Shown here: piece after piece, positions 22,001-30,285 of the stretch
Position numbering within the stretch: position 1 is the first letter of the stretch
Layout of the letters: every line of letters begins with the position of its first letter
From: a virus
IMG/VR virus record: IMGVR_UViG_3300018022_000003
Location: 1 to 64,000 of that record
Direction: 5' to 3' (one strand)
DNA: 64,000 nucleotides
The notes under the pieces: generated by a model
Databases searched by the model: none
What the model was told of the DNA's origin: nothing
The model's input: only the letters and a program-made list of their open reading frames with translations
Program-made: the position numbers and the translations under genes

Positions 22001-22780
22001 TTCGTGGCCACCTTCACCGGCCTCTCCCTTACGCCCGCCCAGGCCAACAGCGGCAACCTCGGGTGCGACTTCTTCTTCCAGTGCAGCCAGGCACCGGGCA
22101 CCGGGGCAGCTATCATCCTGACCGGCGTCACGCTGACGGTCAACTACACCACCCCGAACTACAACAGCATCACGGTCTCCCTTGCCCGCCCGCTCTCCCC
22201 CTACCAGATAGGCACCTCGGGCGGGACGGGCAACACCATCAGCGCCAGCGCCTCGATGACCAACGCCACGGTCGTCTCCACCGTGCCGAACTACGGCAGC
22301 GGGACCACGGCAGGATGGCTCACGGGGTGGACGGTCACGGTGTACTTCGCCTCCGGCAGCGGCACCCTCACCTGCCCGCTCACCATGAACGTGACAGGCA
22401 GGATTACATACCTGAGCGGCACCGCCATCGTGACGAACAACGTGACGTACCTCAATGCGGTGGTGGCCACCATAACCGCCAACCGCAGCGGGGGGGGTGG
22501 GGGCAGCACCCTGTCCATAACCACCGGCACCCTGCCCGATGGCTACCTGGGGCAGGGCTACTATGTGTATGTCTATGCCACGGGGGGCACGGCACCCTAC
22601 TCCTGGACTGCCAGCAACCTGCCCGCTGGCGTGACGGCCCAGTACTCCAACTCCCTCACCCTGTACCTCAGCGGCACGCTGGTCACGCCGGGGACCTATA
22701 GCGTCACCATAAGCATCTCCGACTCCAGCTCCCCCACACAGAGGGCCACCCAGCTCTACACGGTGCAGGTGGGGATGTAG
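19070..22780 (+). CDS. Virion protein with tandem He_PIG-type Ig domains
   Basis: Repeated ITTxxLP.G.vg.aYs..l.AtGGvPPYTW...LPxGLsL.s.G.isGT units; Thr/Ser rich. Confidence 0.75.
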   Translation: MSNTSVIEYVDSLGTVHGTAAINWDTQANAFPMTASLPSGTLNAPYSGTITSQTSNLSSASVYRGHLPAGLSLSASGSTVTVSGTPTEAGVFDLWFQATTSDSKSSFIYSRLAIAYAVPPIILTNILPSVVIGQAYSVVFEGYGGVPPYTWSSDIATSFPGVAPFLSFTGNVFGGTVTDGTQEGKSANVSFALTDANGTIATRTLLLSVNSSLVITTTVIPRVGLNVDYSFTLQAAGGVPPYTWSTAGPLPTPAVGHTFALSSAGVLAGYTDDNSYGTHSVNWTVTDSTAASTTKLLPLSVGPLSGMTIDASGVGPIYRGVNYNGTLVVGGTYTTPVSWTVTDDSPNPLPSGLQLQASVSNSGKSASIIGLYTGAPILQASNYQVKVQATDSAGHVTSDTIVLYTLSSLAITTTSLPNGQVNVAYSQQLAATGGGSPTGGAPVYAWSASDVPVGFPFSLSSAGVLQGTSTSSGTWTFTANVADSLAVPDTASQSLTVTVSASNLAITTTSPLPGAVAGVAYSTTLAATGGVPPYTWGLVAGSLPSGLSLGSNGIISGTTSAVGSYTITVQVTDSVTSTAQKQFTLPVTSALTLQTGIDYTDGLSTGSLGYVASGSVDSISPRSNRSFYLVAQGLIATSASQITVGAPSGFSATVESVSSGTALIRLSGPYASGSQGSNSQLWTVTDNGNPSSPVQASITPSWTVYTNGALRTAPSSGSIPSYGVPLAEGTSGSLPVYNDPSNPVFNFQTYNGAAVDKAAALTADFSFTGDNSAYSGLVSFGFDGTNYNVSYGGGAFASGVALTNLTVTDDDIAWYNGTNKSFDTYGSGKSLVLPAVYLLQTTVGSVNPTTVTIPTTNTTAGSTYSSAPANETEAITTDYGNSGWISLGNLKNGGSDSINLYGSSGMTNNIGYTLSLTGWSGINVPSNATITSITATINYTRSDWGSKRSAIYLNGVTLLGVSPTPPSQYFGPSDTGPFVATFTGLSLTPAQANSGNLGCDFFFQCSQAPGTGAAIILTGVTLTVNYTTPNYNSITVSLARPLSPYQIGTSGGTGNTISASASMTNATVVSTVPNYGSGTTAGWLTGWTVTVYFASGSGTLTCPLTMNVTGRITYLSGTAIVTNNVTYLNAVVATITANRSGGGGGSTLSITTGTLPDGYLGQGYYVYVYATGGTAPYSWTASNLPAGVTAQYSNSLTLYLSGTLVTPGTYSVTISISDSSSPTQRATQLYTVQVGM

Positions 22781-22823
22781 GGGGTAGGAAGGGGGGTTTA
22801 GGCCCATCAAGGTAGGCTAGGAC

Positions 22824-23531
22824 ATGGCAGGGTACGCATGGAAGTACGCCTATACCGGACCGCCCTTCCACTGGCTGGGGAACTTCTCCCTCAGCCAGTG
22901 GAAGGCGTTCAAGCAGTGGGCGAACCTGCGCATCGGCGACGTCAAGGACATCTCCACCCTGCACAGGATAAAGGCAGAGCAGCTCCGTAAGACGGCAGGG
23001 GTCCTGGAGAGGTACTACTCCTCCGTGTACCCCCAGGAGCAGGGCACCTACGGGGAGAAGCTTGCCCCGACCTTCCAGAAGGAGGCGTGGAAGCCAGGCG
23101 AGTACGGGCACTTCAACTACCCCTCCGGGGACGACCAGCTCCCCATGGTCATGGTAGGGAAGGCCAAGGGGCAGATGAAGGAGATGCTCCAGAGGCACGA
23201 GGAGGCCGTGTACTTCATGAACCAGGTCAGGTGCCTTATCGAGAAGCACGAGGACTGGGCGCAGTACGCAAGCGACTTCGCCCAGGGGTCCTCCGGGGTG
23301 CCCGGCAACCCGGTAGCGCTGGCCGACATCCTGGCCAAGGTTGACGGCTACTTCTCAAAGCCGGAATACCAGACCGTTCTGGTGGACGACGTCAACAACC
23401 TGTACAAGGGCCAGCCGTACGCCCGTGTGCATCCTGCCGACCCGCCTACCCAGTGGGAGCTTGAGCAGGCCAACCACAGCCCCTCGGGCTTCCCTATCGG
23501 GATAGTGGACAGGGAGAAGATTGACCCGTGA
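22824..23531 (+). CDS. Hypothetical protein in the structural operon
   Basis: 235 aa, GC3-rich, coupled to the next gene (GTGA overlap). Confidence 0.7.
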   Translation: MAGYAWKYAYTGPPFHWLGNFSLSQWKAFKQWANLRIGDVKDISTLHRIKAEQLRKTAGVLERYYSSVYPQEQGTYGEKLAPTFQKEAWKPGEYGHFNYPSGDDQLPMVMVGKAKGQMKEMLQRHEEAVYFMNQVRCLIEKHEDWAQYASDFAQGSSGVPGNPVALADILAKVDGYFSKPEYQTVLVDDVNNLYKGQPYARVHPADPPTQWELEQANHSPSGFPIGIVDREKIDP

Positions 23532-24301
23532 GCTATGACTTCAACACACGCCCGGCAGCATGCCCCCACGAGATAGCAGGGGAGAGGTATATCGTTGACA
23601 AGGTTGATTTTAAGACCCTGCACCTGGCGGCCAACACCTCCCTTAACATGCGTGCCCCCATAAACGGGCAGTCCACGGTCACGGTCAGGGTAGGCGGGGA
23701 GCTGGTGCAGGCGGACGACCCGACCTACGGGTATACCATCCTGGCGGACGAGAACCGTATCAGCACCCCCGACCGGTTCTACAAGATTGAGTTCAGGAGG
23801 GCGGTAAGGTGGTTCGTGCCGCTCATCGAGGTCGGGTACGTGACCCTCCAGCCGTACTGCCTGAGGTGCAGCGCCCTGGGGAGCCTCAACGACTACAGGG
23901 AGTCCTCGGCGGGCAGCCTCGTAAGGGTCACGGACACGGGCAAGCTCGTCCAGCGCTGCCTGAAGTACATCCTGACCTCCAGGTGCTCCTTCTACCCCCA
24001 GTTCACCTGCCCTGTCAGGGACTATATCGGCAGCAAGTTCGGGACGGCAGTGACGGAGGAGGACGTGGCCTCGCAGATTATGTCCTCCCTCCAGAGCCTC
24101 AAGAACGTACAGGCCGCCCAGAGGACGGTCCAGACCCTAAGCCCGCTGGAGATGCTCAAGGACATCACGGGGATATCCACGTCCATGCCCGACCCGACGG
24201 CCCTCAGCGTGTCCTGCTCGGTGACCAGCTACGGCGGGCAGGCGACGCCTCTGCCGGTGAACTTCTCAATATCCTCTACCAGGGAGCTAGTAGGGAACTA
24301 A
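23528..24301 (+). CDS. Putative baseplate wedge protein (gp25-like)
   Basis: LVQRCLKYILT...YIGSK...LQSLKNVQAAQRTVQ..SPLEML..PDPT pattern of large-phage gp25-like proteins; directly before the baseplate J-like gene. Confidence 0.55.
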   Translation: MSYDFNTRPAACPHEIAGERYIVDKVDFKTLHLAANTSLNMRAPINGQSTVTVRVGGELVQADDPTYGYTILADENRISTPDRFYKIEFRRAVRWFVPLIEVGYVTLQPYCLRCSALGSLNDYRESSAGSLVRVTDTGKLVQRCLKYILTSRCSFYPQFTCPVRDYIGSKFGTAVTEEDVASQIMSSLQSLKNVQAAQRTVQTLSPLEMLKDITGISTSMPDPTALSVSCSVTSYGGQATPLPVNFSISSTRELVGN

Positions 24302-24305
24302 GGAC

Positions 24306-27300
24306 ATGCAGCCTCCAAGCATAGGAAGCCCGCTCTCGTTCACAGCGCCGGTCATAATGGTGGGAAGCCCCCCCGTCCAGGTCACCTCCATGTCGGTGGA
24401 CTCGACCGTCCTGCCCTACGTCGTCCGGGCCGACCAGTCCTACTCCCGCCTGGAGGTCACGGCCTACAGCAGCACCGCCATCAACGGCTCCCCCTCCCCC
24501 CCCTCCTCTGGCAGCGTGGTCTTCTCGGGGACGGTAGGCATCGACCTGCCGGGGGGAAGCGCCCTCCTGAGGTTCGTGGCACGCAACTACGACCCGACCC
24601 AGATGTCCTGGCCAGGCTCCAGCGCCAGCCCGGTCGTGAACGTCACCCCCCCGGTCGGCTACCGGTTCGTTGACGACAACGGCTACGTGCAGGAGGCCCT
24701 GGCCGTCTCCGGACCGACAGGGACCTCCGAGCCTGCCGTCTTCACCCCCTCGGGGGTCGCCTACGACAAGGTGTTCCAGGTCACGGCGGTAAACGTGGCC
24801 AGCGACCAGACCACCCTTACCGTCACGGCCGCCAATACCCTCGTCCCAGGGAGCAGGGTAGCCTTCCTCCGCCTCCAGCTCGCCCCCTGGCTGAACGGCA
24901 CCGTGGTCACGGTCCTGACTGCCTCGGCGACCCAGTTCACGGCCATCCTCCCCACCCCATATGCCTATACCCAGGCCGCAGGCACGGTAGAGTCCGGCAT
25001 AGCGGGCGTGGTGACCCAGGACAACGGGGTCGTGTGGGGCAACATCGGGTTCTACGAGGTGTCCCCGACCGTCCAGTTCACCGTCATACCCTTCGTCAGC
25101 GGCACCAGCGCAGTCATCGGCCCCCCCTCGGGGGTCAACTCCTACAAGTCCCAGGTCGCCTGCCGGATAGAGTGGCTGATGCCCTCCTTCCCCGGCACCA
25201 TCGGCACCAGGGTCGTGCTCTCTACCGACCCGGCCGGCGTCAACCCCCCCTACGTGCAGTATGGGGACATCGTCCCCACCAGCCAGGTCAGCCGTACCAG
25301 CACGGCGGTCCTGAGCAGCGACTCGGTGACCAACTACGACCCCCAGACAGGTGTGCAGGTCGTCACCACCACCAACCAGACGCAGGAGTTCACCTTCAAC
25401 TACGTGGACATACCGCCCTCTGCGGTGAACAACGCCACGCAGTTCTACGCCATGCTCTCGACGGTGGTGCAGGACCCGAGCACGAGCGCCGTCTTCGAGT
25501 CCCAGCAGAACGGCCCCCTGGCCTGCGGGTTCGTAAACCTCTCCCTGGTCAGCCCCACGGACTTCCTCGCCCTCCAGCGCAAGGAGGACATCGCCGGGAG
25601 GATGATAAGCTATGTCACCCAGCTATACCCGGACCTCGACCTGTCCCCCCGCTCCGAGGCCAGGGACCTCCTCATAGACCCCGTGTCCATAGAGCTGTCC
25701 AACATGAGCGTGAGGGAGTGGTTCGACCGTTGCTCAAGGTCCGTCTCGGCGATAAGCCAGGTGGACGATGCCAACGGGGACGGCATAAGCGATGACTTCA
25801 ACAGCTCGCCTATCAAGCAGTCGATAGCCCGTGCCTTCGGCCTCAACGCCGCCGACACCCAGTCCCTCATCGACCGCCAGTTCGACGTCCTGGGCGAGGC
25901 AGCAGGGCTGACCCGTGGGGGGGCAACCGCCTCCGTTGTCACCCTGACCTTCTATACCTATGTCAAGCCTACCCAGACGAGCACCTTCCCGGTAGGCATC
26001 CTCTGCACTACCACCTCCGACTCCGTGACCCCCTCCCTGACCTTTGTCACGACAGGCTCGGCCTCCATTACCCCGAACTCTGCCCCCTCCTTCTACGACC
26101 CGGTCGCCGGATGGTGGGCGGTCAGCATCCCGGCATCCTGCCGGACGTCGGGGGCAAGCACCAACGTGGGGGCAGGGACGGTAAACACCATAAGCTCCAG
26201 CGCACCCTCCGGCTGGGGGGTCACCAACCTCGTGCCTGCTATCTTCGGTCAGGACGAGGAGATAAACTCCAAGTTCGCCTCCCGCATAGCCGCCAGGGAG
26301 GTCACGGGGGTTGACTCCGGCACCAGGGACGGGTACTTCACCGCCGCCATGTCCACGCCCGGCATCGTGGCCACGGAGGTGGTGGCGGCCGGCGACATCG
26401 AGATGCTGCGTGACTGGGACCCCATCCGCCAGAAGCACGTCTTCGGCTGCGTGGACATCTACTGCCAGGGGGTATCCTCCTCCCAGAACGACCAGACCGT
26501 CGCCTTCGAGTACGGGAACGCCGGGACCCCTGGGCAGCATACCACCTACCTGCCGCTCACCGTCGCCAACGCCTCCGCCACGCTCCTCCGCCTGTATATC
26601 GGGCAGCAGACCGAGTGGCCCCTGTACCAGGGCGTGGAGATACTCGTTGCAGGGATTACCAGCTCCTTCTTCCTCGACGTCCTGGAGGCACAGTTCGACA
26701 GCGCCAACGGGTACGTAATCCTGGACCCGAACGGCACCCCCTACCACTATGTCGGCAGCGGGGCCACGCTGGCAAGGCTGCCCATGATGAGCAGCGTCTC
26801 CCCCCCTGTCACGATGACCAACCTTGCCGCCGTGCTGGGGGCGTCCCAGGCCAATGCCACGTTCACGCTGTGCGCCAGGACGGCCTCCCCCCTCGCATGC
26901 ACCCCCTCGCAGCAGCCGATAGTGGCGGCCAACTCCGCCATAGGGCCGCAGACCGGCACCGTCCCCACTGCCCTGCTCAAGGTCGTGCGTACCTCCGACT
27001 TCCTGCTCTACGGCGGGTCCAACCAGGCAGGGGACGAGGTCCAGGTGTCCTCATCCTACAGCTCCCCGGTCACCAAGACCATCACCGCCAGCCTCTCCCA
27101 GCCCGTACCGATAGACACGGGCATGGATGTCCCGGTCGGGTCCTCCTACAACAACGGCAGCGACGTGCTGTGCATCGGCAACGTGCTCTCCGTGCGCTCC
27201 CTGGACCTCTCCACCCTCTATGCCTTCGGGCCCACGGGCGACTACAGTATCGTCGTAGCCGGCCCCTACCACTCCTACGCCCTGGCGGCCCAGGCGGTAC

Positions 27301-28847
27301 CCAGGAGAATCCTTACCATAGCCATAGCCAACAATATCCTGACCGTAGGGTGCAGCAACAACCTTGGCCCTGGAGCGCCTGTCACCCTCGACGGGCTTAC
27401 CAACGCCACGTTCCTGAACGGGCAGACCGTCGCCGTGTCCGCCTCCACCGGCAGCGCCTTCACGGCCTACTACCCCTACCCCGGCACCTACCCCGTGGCC
27501 TCCGATACCGGCACCGCCACGGGCAGCGCCATACAGGACGGGCAGCAGGTGGTGGTCGCCTACAACCAGTTCACCGTCTACGAGCGCCTCAGCCTCGCCT
27601 CCGGGGAGTCCCAGACCCTGGTCGGGAGCGTGGCCAGCCCCCTCGACAACCAGGGGTTCGTCCACAATACATGGCTCCCGGAGAGCTACGGCAGGACCGA
27701 CCTCACCCTGGACGGCTGGGGCGGCAACTATACCTACGACGCCCAGGGCAATATCACGGGGCTTGACCTCTCCACCTCTACCGGGCTGGTGGGGGCAGGC
27801 ACCATGCACGACAGCCGCTACATCAAGGTCACCATCGCCCAGGGAGGGGAGGTGCTGCGGGAGGACGTGGACTTTACCCTCTCCGTTGACCCGGCGTCCG
27901 GGTCGGCCTCCATCACCCGGCTCCCCATCCTGGCGGACGGCACCCAGGTCCTCGTGTCCTACTTCTACACCGAGGCCTTCGACGTCGCCACCGAGTTCCC
28001 CTCCTTCGTCCCCGTGCTGGCCAGCAAGGTGTCCAAGACCAAGCATGCGGCGGCCGACGTGCTCGTCAAGGCGATGGTCGCCAACCCCGTGGACGTCACC
28101 CTGACTGTCACCCTGGAGCAGGGGCAGTCCCCGGACGCCCTCGACCCGAGCATAAGGACTGCCATCGACAGGGCGCTCGACAATGCCTCCGGCACCCTCC
28201 ACCAGTCCGAGGTAGTCACCCAGGTCCAGGGGGTCACGGGGGTCCAGTCGGTAGGCATACCGCTCATCAAGTGCGCCAAGAGCGACGGCAGCTACGACAT
28301 CGGGTTCATAATCCCCACGGGCACGGCCTGGACGGCCCTAGGCTCCGACCCGGCCTTTGCCCCCCTCAACCAGGTCAGCGTCAAGGGCAAGGTAGTCAGC
28401 TATATACCCGCCAACAGCTTCATCACTGCCCTGCCCGTCCTGCCCGACTCCACCGTCCCGTCCGGCGGCCCCGTGGACGCCTTCGTAGGCTTCCTGTACC
28501 AGGGGCAGGCCTACTCCCGTACCGCCTCCATCCAGAGCTTCCTGTCCTCGGCCATCACCCCCCAGAAGTCCTCGGGCGACGGCTCCTTCTACATCGTCGG
28601 CACCGACGACCAGATACTCGTCCCAAAGTACGATGGCGTCCACGACTACTCCGTGCCCCTAGGCCCCTCCTATGCCCAGAGGGTCATCATCACCGCCCCC
28701 CTGGACGTGGCCACCCCCTCCCTGCGCAGCTACTTCGTAACCTACCAGGTATGGGGGGAAAGCTCGGCGAAGGATATCACGCTGAGCAGCACCGAGTACT
28801 TCACTGCGGGCAGGGTGACCGTCAACTATACTGCCTCGGGGGGCTAG
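24306..28847 (+). CDS. Baseplate J-like wedge protein (gp6/Mu gp47 family)
   Basis: PDLDLSPRSEARDLLIDP, GLTRGGAT, VTN..AIFGQDEE, SGTRDGY...PGI; 1513 aa. Confidence 0.75.
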   Translation: MQPPSIGSPLSFTAPVIMVGSPPVQVTSMSVDSTVLPYVVRADQSYSRLEVTAYSSTAINGSPSPPSSGSVVFSGTVGIDLPGGSALLRFVARNYDPTQMSWPGSSASPVVNVTPPVGYRFVDDNGYVQEALAVSGPTGTSEPAVFTPSGVAYDKVFQVTAVNVASDQTTLTVTAANTLVPGSRVAFLRLQLAPWLNGTVVTVLTASATQFTAILPTPYAYTQAAGTVESGIAGVVTQDNGVVWGNIGFYEVSPTVQFTVIPFVSGTSAVIGPPSGVNSYKSQVACRIEWLMPSFPGTIGTRVVLSTDPAGVNPPYVQYGDIVPTSQVSRTSTAVLSSDSVTNYDPQTGVQVVTTTNQTQEFTFNYVDIPPSAVNNATQFYAMLSTVVQDPSTSAVFESQQNGPLACGFVNLSLVSPTDFLALQRKEDIAGRMISYVTQLYPDLDLSPRSEARDLLIDPVSIELSNMSVREWFDRCSRSVSAISQVDDANGDGISDDFNSSPIKQSIARAFGLNAADTQSLIDRQFDVLGEAAGLTRGGATASVVTLTFYTYVKPTQTSTFPVGILCTTTSDSVTPSLTFVTTGSASITPNSAPSFYDPVAGWWAVSIPASCRTSGASTNVGAGTVNTISSSAPSGWGVTNLVPAIFGQDEEINSKFASRIAAREVTGVDSGTRDGYFTAAMSTPGIVATEVVAAGDIEMLRDWDPIRQKHVFGCVDIYCQGVSSSQNDQTVAFEYGNAGTPGQHTTYLPLTVANASATLLRLYIGQQTEWPLYQGVEILVAGITSSFFLDVLEAQFDSANGYVILDPNGTPYHYVGSGATLARLPMMSSVSPPVTMTNLAAVLGASQANATFTLCARTASPLACTPSQQPIVAANSAIGPQTGTVPTALLKVVRTSDFLLYGGSNQAGDEVQVSSSYSSPVTKTITASLSQPVPIDTGMDVPVGSSYNNGSDVLCIGNVLSVRSLDLSTLYAFGPTGDYSIVVAGPYHSYALAAQAVPRRILTIAIANNILTVGCSNNLGPGAPVTLDGLTNATFLNGQTVAVSASTGSAFTAYYPYPGTYPVASDTGTATGSAIQDGQQVVVAYNQFTVYERLSLASGESQTLVGSVASPLDNQGFVHNTWLPESYGRTDLTLDGWGGNYTYDAQGNITGLDLSTSTGLVGAGTMHDSRYIKVTIAQGGEVLREDVDFTLSVDPASGSASITRLPILADGTQVLVSYFYTEAFDVATEFPSFVPVLASKVSKTKHAAADVLVKAMVANPVDVTLTVTLEQGQSPDALDPSIRTAIDRALDNASGTLHQSEVVTQVQGVTGVQSVGIPLIKCAKSDGSYDIGFIIPTGTAWTALGSDPAFAPLNQVSVKGKVVSYIPANSFITALPVLPDSTVPSGGPVDAFVGFLYQGQAYSRTASIQSFLSSAITPQKSSGDGSFYIVGTDDQILVPKYDGVHDYSVPLGPSYAQRVIITAPLDVATPSLRSYFVTYQVWGESSAKDITLSSTEYFTAGRVTVNYTASGG

Positions 28848-28848
28848 G

Positions 28849-30282
28849 ATGGCCTCTAACAACAGCCCGGACCTCCTCTACCAGCAGTCCAGGGAGTCCC
28901 TCCTCCTGCTGGAGGACACCCGCCTGTTCTACCTCCTCCAGGCAGTGGCCAACTACTACTCCCCCCGCAACGACCAGCCCCTCTGGGGTACCCTGCTCAG
29001 GGCCATAGCCCAGGAGCTTGCCCGCCTGGACTACGACTACCAGTACGGCATAGCCTCCAAGGAGCCTCAGTACCTCACGCCCCCGGACATAAAGCGCAGG
29101 TTCGCCCTCCCGCTCTATATCAGCCGCCTCTACCCCTACCCTGCCCAGTTCGACAAGGGGGACTTCACCGGGCCGTACAACAGCCTCAACAACCCGGTGG
29201 GCTACAGGGACATGCTGGTGGACCTCCTGAGGGCGTACAACGAGGGGGCCATACCCCAGTCTATCGCCGACGTAATCTATGCCTACACGGGGAAGAGCAT
29301 CGTGGTCGAGGAGCTTTACAAGGAGATAGGGCAGGGGGTATACGACCAGTCGGACCGGAACGCCATCAGGGTCAGCGTCAACGTCGGGGGCAGCAACCCC
29401 CTGGTGGACGTGCAGAACCTAGCCCAGCTCCAGGAGATAGTGCAGAGCCTCTACCAGGCCATCGACTTGGCGAAACCCGCCCATGTCGGCCTGGAGTTCA
29501 CGACGGTCTTCAGCGAGCAGGAGGACATCAGCCTCAGGATAACCGACACCCTGAGGATAATCATCCAGCAGGTCGAGCTTTCGCCCCTCGACCCGATGTT
29601 GTGGATAGCCCCGATATACGACGTCAAGCACCCCAAGACCACCCTGGCGGCATACGGCAGGATGATGAGGCCTACCCTCCCCGAGGCAGAATGGCTCGTG
29701 CTACAGTCCGCCCCTGCCGTCTGGGACCCCTCTGTGGCCTACAGCCGTGGGGCGCTTGTCCAGTCCTCCTCCCCCAGCCCGCCCACGGGCGGGTACCAGA
29801 TGTACCGGGCGCTCAAGAAGACCAGGGGTAACCCGCCGCCCTCCAGCCCCGTGTACTGGAAGCCCCTGCCGTCCCCGTCCGTATGGCAGGCATACTACCC
29901 CCTGCCCTATCCCAACCTGGGGACCTATGCCGTGGGCCTGGCAGGCTGGGCTGCCAACGCCGACTTCTATACTGGGCAGTACATCATCGACCCGAACGGC
30001 AACCTACAGCTCGCCACGCAGGGCGGTGCCTCGGGGGCGTCCGTGGCCTTCGGCACCCATAAGGGGGACGTGACCAGCGACGGCACCGTGGAGTGGCTGT
30101 GCCAGGGCACCAGCCAGCTCAACGACCCGGCCAAGTGGATACAGGTCGTTGACAACACGGGGGCCCCCACGGGCGAGGCCGCCAACTGGGACGTCAACCA
30201 CCCGATGGGCCTCGTGGCCCCGAGGGACAACCTGGTATGGGAGGTCAAGAGCGACAGCCTCACCATACTCAACATGGACTAG
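28849..30282 (+). CDS. Baseplate wedge protein (gpI-like) with C-terminal carbohydrate-binding-like repeats
   Basis: DLAKPAHV motif; WDPSVAYSRGALV..YRALK..W and WAANADFYTGQY resemble CBM5/12-type repeats. Confidence 0.6.
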   Translation: MASNNSPDLLYQQSRESLLLLEDTRLFYLLQAVANYYSPRNDQPLWGTLLRAIAQELARLDYDYQYGIASKEPQYLTPPDIKRRFALPLYISRLYPYPAQFDKGDFTGPYNSLNNPVGYRDMLVDLLRAYNEGAIPQSIADVIYAYTGKSIVVEELYKEIGQGVYDQSDRNAIRVSVNVGGSNPLVDVQNLAQLQEIVQSLYQAIDLAKPAHVGLEFTTVFSEQEDISLRITDTLRIIIQQVELSPLDPMLWIAPIYDVKHPKTTLAAYGRMMRPTLPEAEWLVLQSAPAVWDPSVAYSRGALVQSSSPSPPTGGYQMYRALKKTRGNPPPSSPVYWKPLPSPSVWQAYYPLPYPNLGTYAVGLAGWAANADFYTGQYIIDPNGNLQLATQGGASGASVAFGTHKGDVTSDGTVEWLCQGTSQLNDPAKWIQVVDNTGAPTGEAANWDVNHPMGLVAPRDNLVWEVKSDSLTILNMD

Positions 30283-30285
30283 GGC

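Noticed and set aside
22490-22497. G8 tract as a phase-variation switch in the Ig-repeat gene
   Set aside because: Explained by a Gly-Gly-Gly linker in a GC-rich genome; no evidence of length variation.
15659-22780. Diversity-generating retroelement or CRISPR-like repeats
   Set aside because: Repeats are degenerate protein-level Ig units; no reverse transcriptase, no adenine-specific TR/VR pair and no regularly spaced identical repeats in the window.
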